A model generated the notes under the pieces. It searched no databases, was not told the DNA's origin, and saw nothing but the letters and a program-made list of their open reading frames with translations. Both the position numbers and the translations under genes were made by a program. Below, one piece after another: positions 29,475 to 32,433 of a DNA stretch of 32,433 nucleotides. The stretch's first letter is position 1. Each line of letters begins with the position of its first letter. The stretch comes from Verrucomicrobiales bacterium (GTDB lineage Bacteria > Verrucomicrobiota > Verrucomicrobiia > Limisphaerales > JAYPEY01), in NCBI GenBank assembly GCA_038126655.1, contig JAYPGD010000006.1, forward strand, positions 1 through 32,433. The letters run 5' to 3'.

Positions 29475-30029
29475 TCAATGTCTTCCATGGCCGTGTCCGC
29501 GGCCATGCCCGCGGCCGGGCTGATATCCATGACGGTGGTGGGTGTAATGCCGGTGTCCGCTTCCGAAACCGATGTGGAAGCTGAGGCCCGAACGAACCGG
29601 GGCGTAGACCGGACGGTGGACCACGACGGGCGTCGGGCAGACGACCGGGGCATGGCGAACCACCACGGGGGCGGGTTGATAAACCACCGGCGCCTGCTGG
29701 TAGACGACGGTGGCGGGTTGATAGACCACGCGCTTTTCCACGACCACGGGCTGTTGCACGACGACCGGGGCGGGTTGTCGGACCACAACGGGCTGTTGCA
29801 CGACGACCGGCGTCGTCCGGTAGGCCGGCGAGGTGTAGGTCGTGGTGGTGGTCTGCGTGTAGACCGGAGCGCTCCGATGGTGATGAATGGTCTTGGCGAG
29901 CACGGCGCCGGCGACGACGCCGGTCAACACCTTGCCTGCGGTGGCCCATTCCTTGTCGCCGGCCTGGGCCGGTTGGGTTCCGGCCGCAGTGAGCGCGGCC
30001 GCTGTCAGAAGTAAAATTGTCTTTTTCAT
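29475..30029 (-). CDS. Secreted low-complexity protein with QP/V-rich periodic repeats and a His/Gly/Arg-rich C-terminus
   Basis: Signal peptide MKKTILLLTAAALTAAGTQPAQA. Repeats PVVVQQPVVVRQPAPVVVQQPVVV...VVYQPA.... A 23-bp perfect DNA direct repeat lies at 29746-29768 and 29788-29810. The C-terminal tail is GHRHYTHHRHGYQPGRGHGRGHGHGRH. Confidence 0.68.
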   Translation of the reverse strand: MKKTILLLTAAALTAAGTQPAQAGDKEWATAGKVLTGVVAGAVLAKTIHHHRSAPVYTQTTTTTYTSPAYRTTPVVVQQPVVVRQPAPVVVQQPVVVEKRVVYQPATVVYQQAPVVYQPAPVVVRHAPVVCPTPVVVHRPVYAPVRSGLSFHIGFGSGHRHYTHHRHGYQPGRGHGRGHGHGRH

Positions 30030-30117
30030 GATGAACCTTTCGGTTTATGTCGTTCGCAGAGTTCGACGCAGGCGCCGGTTCGGCCTATTCAATAAAGAAG
30101 TCATTCGAATCCTCCCC

Positions 30118-31071
30118 ATGAGCGCGCCTGACAATTCCGCCACGACGCCGACGCCTGACGCGCCGGGCGGCGGGAAGCGGCGTCTGCCGCGTTCGTTCAA
30201 GGAGTTGACTCCCTGCAATCATTTCAACCCGCGCACGTTCTTTCACGAGATGGTGTGGAAGGCCTGGCTCACACGGCGGCATGGCGAGCATCTCGAACCG
30301 GAGTTTCCCGAGATCGATGAAGGCCAGGTGGCGTTGACCTGGATCGGACACGCCTCCTTCCTGGTTCAGCACACGGACCTGAATGTGTTGATCGATCCGA
30401 ATTTTGCGAATTGGCTGTTCCTGTTGAAACGCATCAAGCGCGCCGGGATGAAGATCCAACATCTTCCGCCGATCGACCTGGTGCTGTTGACGCACGCGCA
30501 CTTCGATCATTTTCACAAGCCGACGCTTAAGAAGCTGCCCTCGCCGAAGGTTGGCGTCATGCCGTGGGGGATGGCGGACCTGGCGCGCGGACTCGGTTTC
30601 AAGGAGATCGTTGAGCTGAAGTGGTGGGAAAGCTACAACCACGGCGACTGGAAGGTGACGCTCACGCCGAGCAAGCACTGGGGCGCGCGAACCCTCCGCG
30701 ACACGCACCGCGGCTATGGCGGCTTCGTGTTGGAGCACCAGGGACGGACCCTCTACCACGCCGGCGACAGCGCCTACTACGATGGCTTCAAGGAGATCGG
30801 CGAACGCCTCGCGCCGGAAATTGCCCTGTTGCCGATCGGCGCCTATTACCCCGACACCTTCCGGACGACTCACATGGGGCCCGATGACGCGGTCAAGGTG
30901 TTCAAGGACCTGAATTCCAAGTGGCTCGTCCCGATGCATTATGGGGCGTTCAAACTCTCCTTCGAGGAAATGGACGAACCGCCGCGCTGGCTGAAGAAGC
31001 TCGCCCATGCGGCCGGCATCAACGATCGGTTGAGGATGCTGGAGGAAGGTGTGCCCGAGGTGTTTGGTTGA
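30118..31071 (+). CDS. MBL-fold metallo-hydrolase (NAPE-PLD / UlaG-like beta-lactamase superfamily)
   Basis: ATG at 30118 chosen, because the track start at 29887 overlaps the convergent gene. Metal motif LLTHAHFDHF (HxHxDH), plus later HAGDS and PMHYG motifs. Confidence 0.85.
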   Translation: MSAPDNSATTPTPDAPGGGKRRLPRSFKELTPCNHFNPRTFFHEMVWKAWLTRRHGEHLEPEFPEIDEGQVALTWIGHASFLVQHTDLNVLIDPNFANWLFLLKRIKRAGMKIQHLPPIDLVLLTHAHFDHFHKPTLKKLPSPKVGVMPWGMADLARGLGFKEIVELKWWESYNHGDWKVTLTPSKHWGARTLRDTHRGYGGFVLEHQGRTLYHAGDSAYYDGFKEIGERLAPEIALLPIGAYYPDTFRTTHMGPDDAVKVFKDLNSKWLVPMHYGAFKLSFEEMDEPPRWLKKLAHAAGINDRLRMLEEGVPEVFG

Positions 31072-31228
31072 CGAGGCATCGTTGACAGGCGCCCTTCGCA
31101 GAGGGGCTCGCGCGCGCTGTTGACCGTGGCCTCGCCTTGCTTGCTTGAGGCTGTTCGTGTTGCGCCGCGCGCTTGGCAAATGGGGGCGGTTGAGGGAGGA
31201 TTCGCGTCAATCCAGAACCAGACCCGCC

Positions 31229-32433
31229 ATGCCTTCATCCCAATCCGATTTCCATTCCATACCTGAATCCGACGAGCAGCGCTCATCGAGCGCGCTTCCG
31301 CGGCGCGACTTCCTGAAGCTTTCCGGCGCGGCGGCGACCGCCGCCGCGGTGGGCAGATTCGCTCTGTCTTCCGCATTGGCGCAGCGAGCGGATCGGATCC
31401 AATTCAATCAGCCGGATTCCCTGGTGGTCCCGCATGACTGGGAGTCGTTGAACCCGGGCTATTGGCAGATCAAGGACGGCGCGTTGCGTCGGCGATTCGG
31501 CAACTACGGAGATCGCGCGCGTTCGACCGGGTTTCCGTTTCATTACGAGACGCACAGGCGGAATGGCGGCGTGATGAACACGGACTACGATCCGTCGCCG
31601 CCCATCGGGGTGATCTACCGGCGGGATCAGAAATACTCTGAAGGCCGCTACACCATCTCGGCGACGTTCACCTTTCGCGGGGTCGCGGATGTCCGGAGGG
31701 AAGGCGATTCGGATGCCTGGAAGATGTTTCAGCCCGGTTATGGGTTGATGGGCATTGCGCTCGGCGCCAAAAGCGTCTTCGAAAGCTATGGCAAGGTCCG
31801 CAACTCCACGGTGATCGGTTGGTCCGACGACGGGCAATTCGGCTTTGTCAGTCTGCCGAAGGGCGCGCGGAACAAGGGGGGGAGGAAGGCTGCCCTGACG
31901 GACGCGCCGCCGATCAAGCCCGGCGACAAGATTGCGATCATGATCGCGGTCGAATTGACCGATCGGCAGAACGCTACGGTGAAGGCGCGGCTTTCGGGGC
32001 CGGGCGGGCAGACGAAGGAGATTCGTCGGACGGTCCCGCGCCGGTTTGTCGACGGCTATGTCGGCGTTGCCGCGCGCGGATTGACGGACTTTGAACTGAA
32101 CGAGATCGATGTCCTGTCTCGTGAATCGATCGCCCAGGAGGAGGATTCTCCCGCCAATGACTGCCTCGTCTGCTATCCGCTGGGCGACACATTGAAACAG
32201 GGCGCACATGGGAAATGGAGCGTTCGCTTTGTGGGACTGTTTGCGTCCGATGGAAAGAAGGCGGAGCTGCGCATTGCGGACACGCCGAATCCCCAGGGCG
32301 GATGGAAAACGGTCCCTGTTGCCGGTCGCGCAAAGATCGTGAATCACAAGTGGCGGCGGAACACGGCGGTCATTCACGCGACGCTGCCGGCGAATCCCGC
32401 GGACAAGGAGCTTTACTACACGGTCTGGAAGGA
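31229..32433 (+). CDS. Tat-signal secreted protein, 3' end truncated by the window edge
   Basis: I translated this frame by hand. It is open from the ATG at 31229 to the window end (401 codons, no stop). The twin-arginine motif is PRRDFLKLSGAAATAAAV...ALA. It is absent from the ORF track because there is no stop in the window. The antisense 364-aa ORF is Arg-rich junk. Confidence 0.7.
   Translation, partial: MPSSQSDFHSIPESDEQRSSSALPRRDFLKLSGAAATAAAVGRFALSSALAQRADRIQFNQPDSLVVPHDWESLNPGYWQIKDGALRRRFGNYGDRARSTGFPFHYETHRRNGGVMNTDYDPSPPIGVIYRRDQKYSEGRYTISATFTFRGVADVRREGDSDAWKMFQPGYGLMGIALGAKSVFESYGKVRNSTVIGWSDDGQFGFVSLPKGARNKGGRKAALTDAPPIKPGDKIAIMIAVELTDRQNATVKARLSGPGGQTKEIRRTVPRRFVDGYVGVAARGLTDFELNEIDVLSRESIAQEEDSPANDCLVCYPLGDTLKQGAHGKWSVRFVGLFASDGKKAELRIADTPNPQGGWKTVPVAGRAKIVNHKWRRNTAVIHATLPANPADKELYYTVWK

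Noticed and set aside
31283-32377. 364-aa minus-strand ORF.
   Set aside because: It is an Arg/Pro-rich junk translation. The opposite strand carries an uninterrupted frame with a canonical Tat signal peptide.

Overview
High-GC bacterial chromosomal segment with about 30 CDS and one tRNA. The gene content (sulfatase, YXWGXW-repeat envelope protein, secreted proteins ending in an FYR-type beta-sandwich) and the GC-rich intergenic repeats suggest a Verrucomicrobiota/Planctomycetota-like (PVC) organism; that placement is inference only. Bases 1-5.7 kb hold housekeeping genes: a KamA-family radical SAM protein, nth, an LplA-like ligase, deoC, an alpha/beta hydrolase and a sulfatase. Bases 5.7-10.5 kb hold three envelope or secreted proteins on the minus strand. 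tRNA-Ser(GGA) lies at 10.8 kb, followed by an 82-bp direct repeat pair. Bases 11.1-16.8 kb hold a Sir2 deacylase, a Pro/Ala-rich repeat protein, trxA, an orphan GspF-like protein coupled to a class V aminotransferase, trpG/pabA and an esterase. The most interesting region is 16859-26409 on the minus strand, a tightly packed seven-gene cluster with no match to any characterised system I know. It encodes a divergent-FHA / GYF-like / zinc-ribbon / GTPase protein, a 990-aa bitopic helical protein, a GYF-4TM protein and a MotA/TolQ/ExbB-family channel. It also encodes two paralogous ExbD/MotB-like proteins with a coiled-coil spacer and a zinc-ribbon-TM-DUF2135(YfaP)-like protein. I propose it is a proton-motive-force-driven envelope machine under GTPase/FHA control, either Zorya-like defence or an envelope or motility function. 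It lacks the hallmark partners of Zorya, Tol-Pal, TonB, Agl-Glt and GldLM. The window ends with a C-terminal-half-only carB, a gamma-carbonic-anhydrase-like gene, a His-rich periodic secreted protein, an MBL-fold hydrolase and a Tat-signal protein that runs off the end. I found no transposase, integrase, CRISPR array or rRNA. All homology calls rest on motifs read by eye, and no database search was run.
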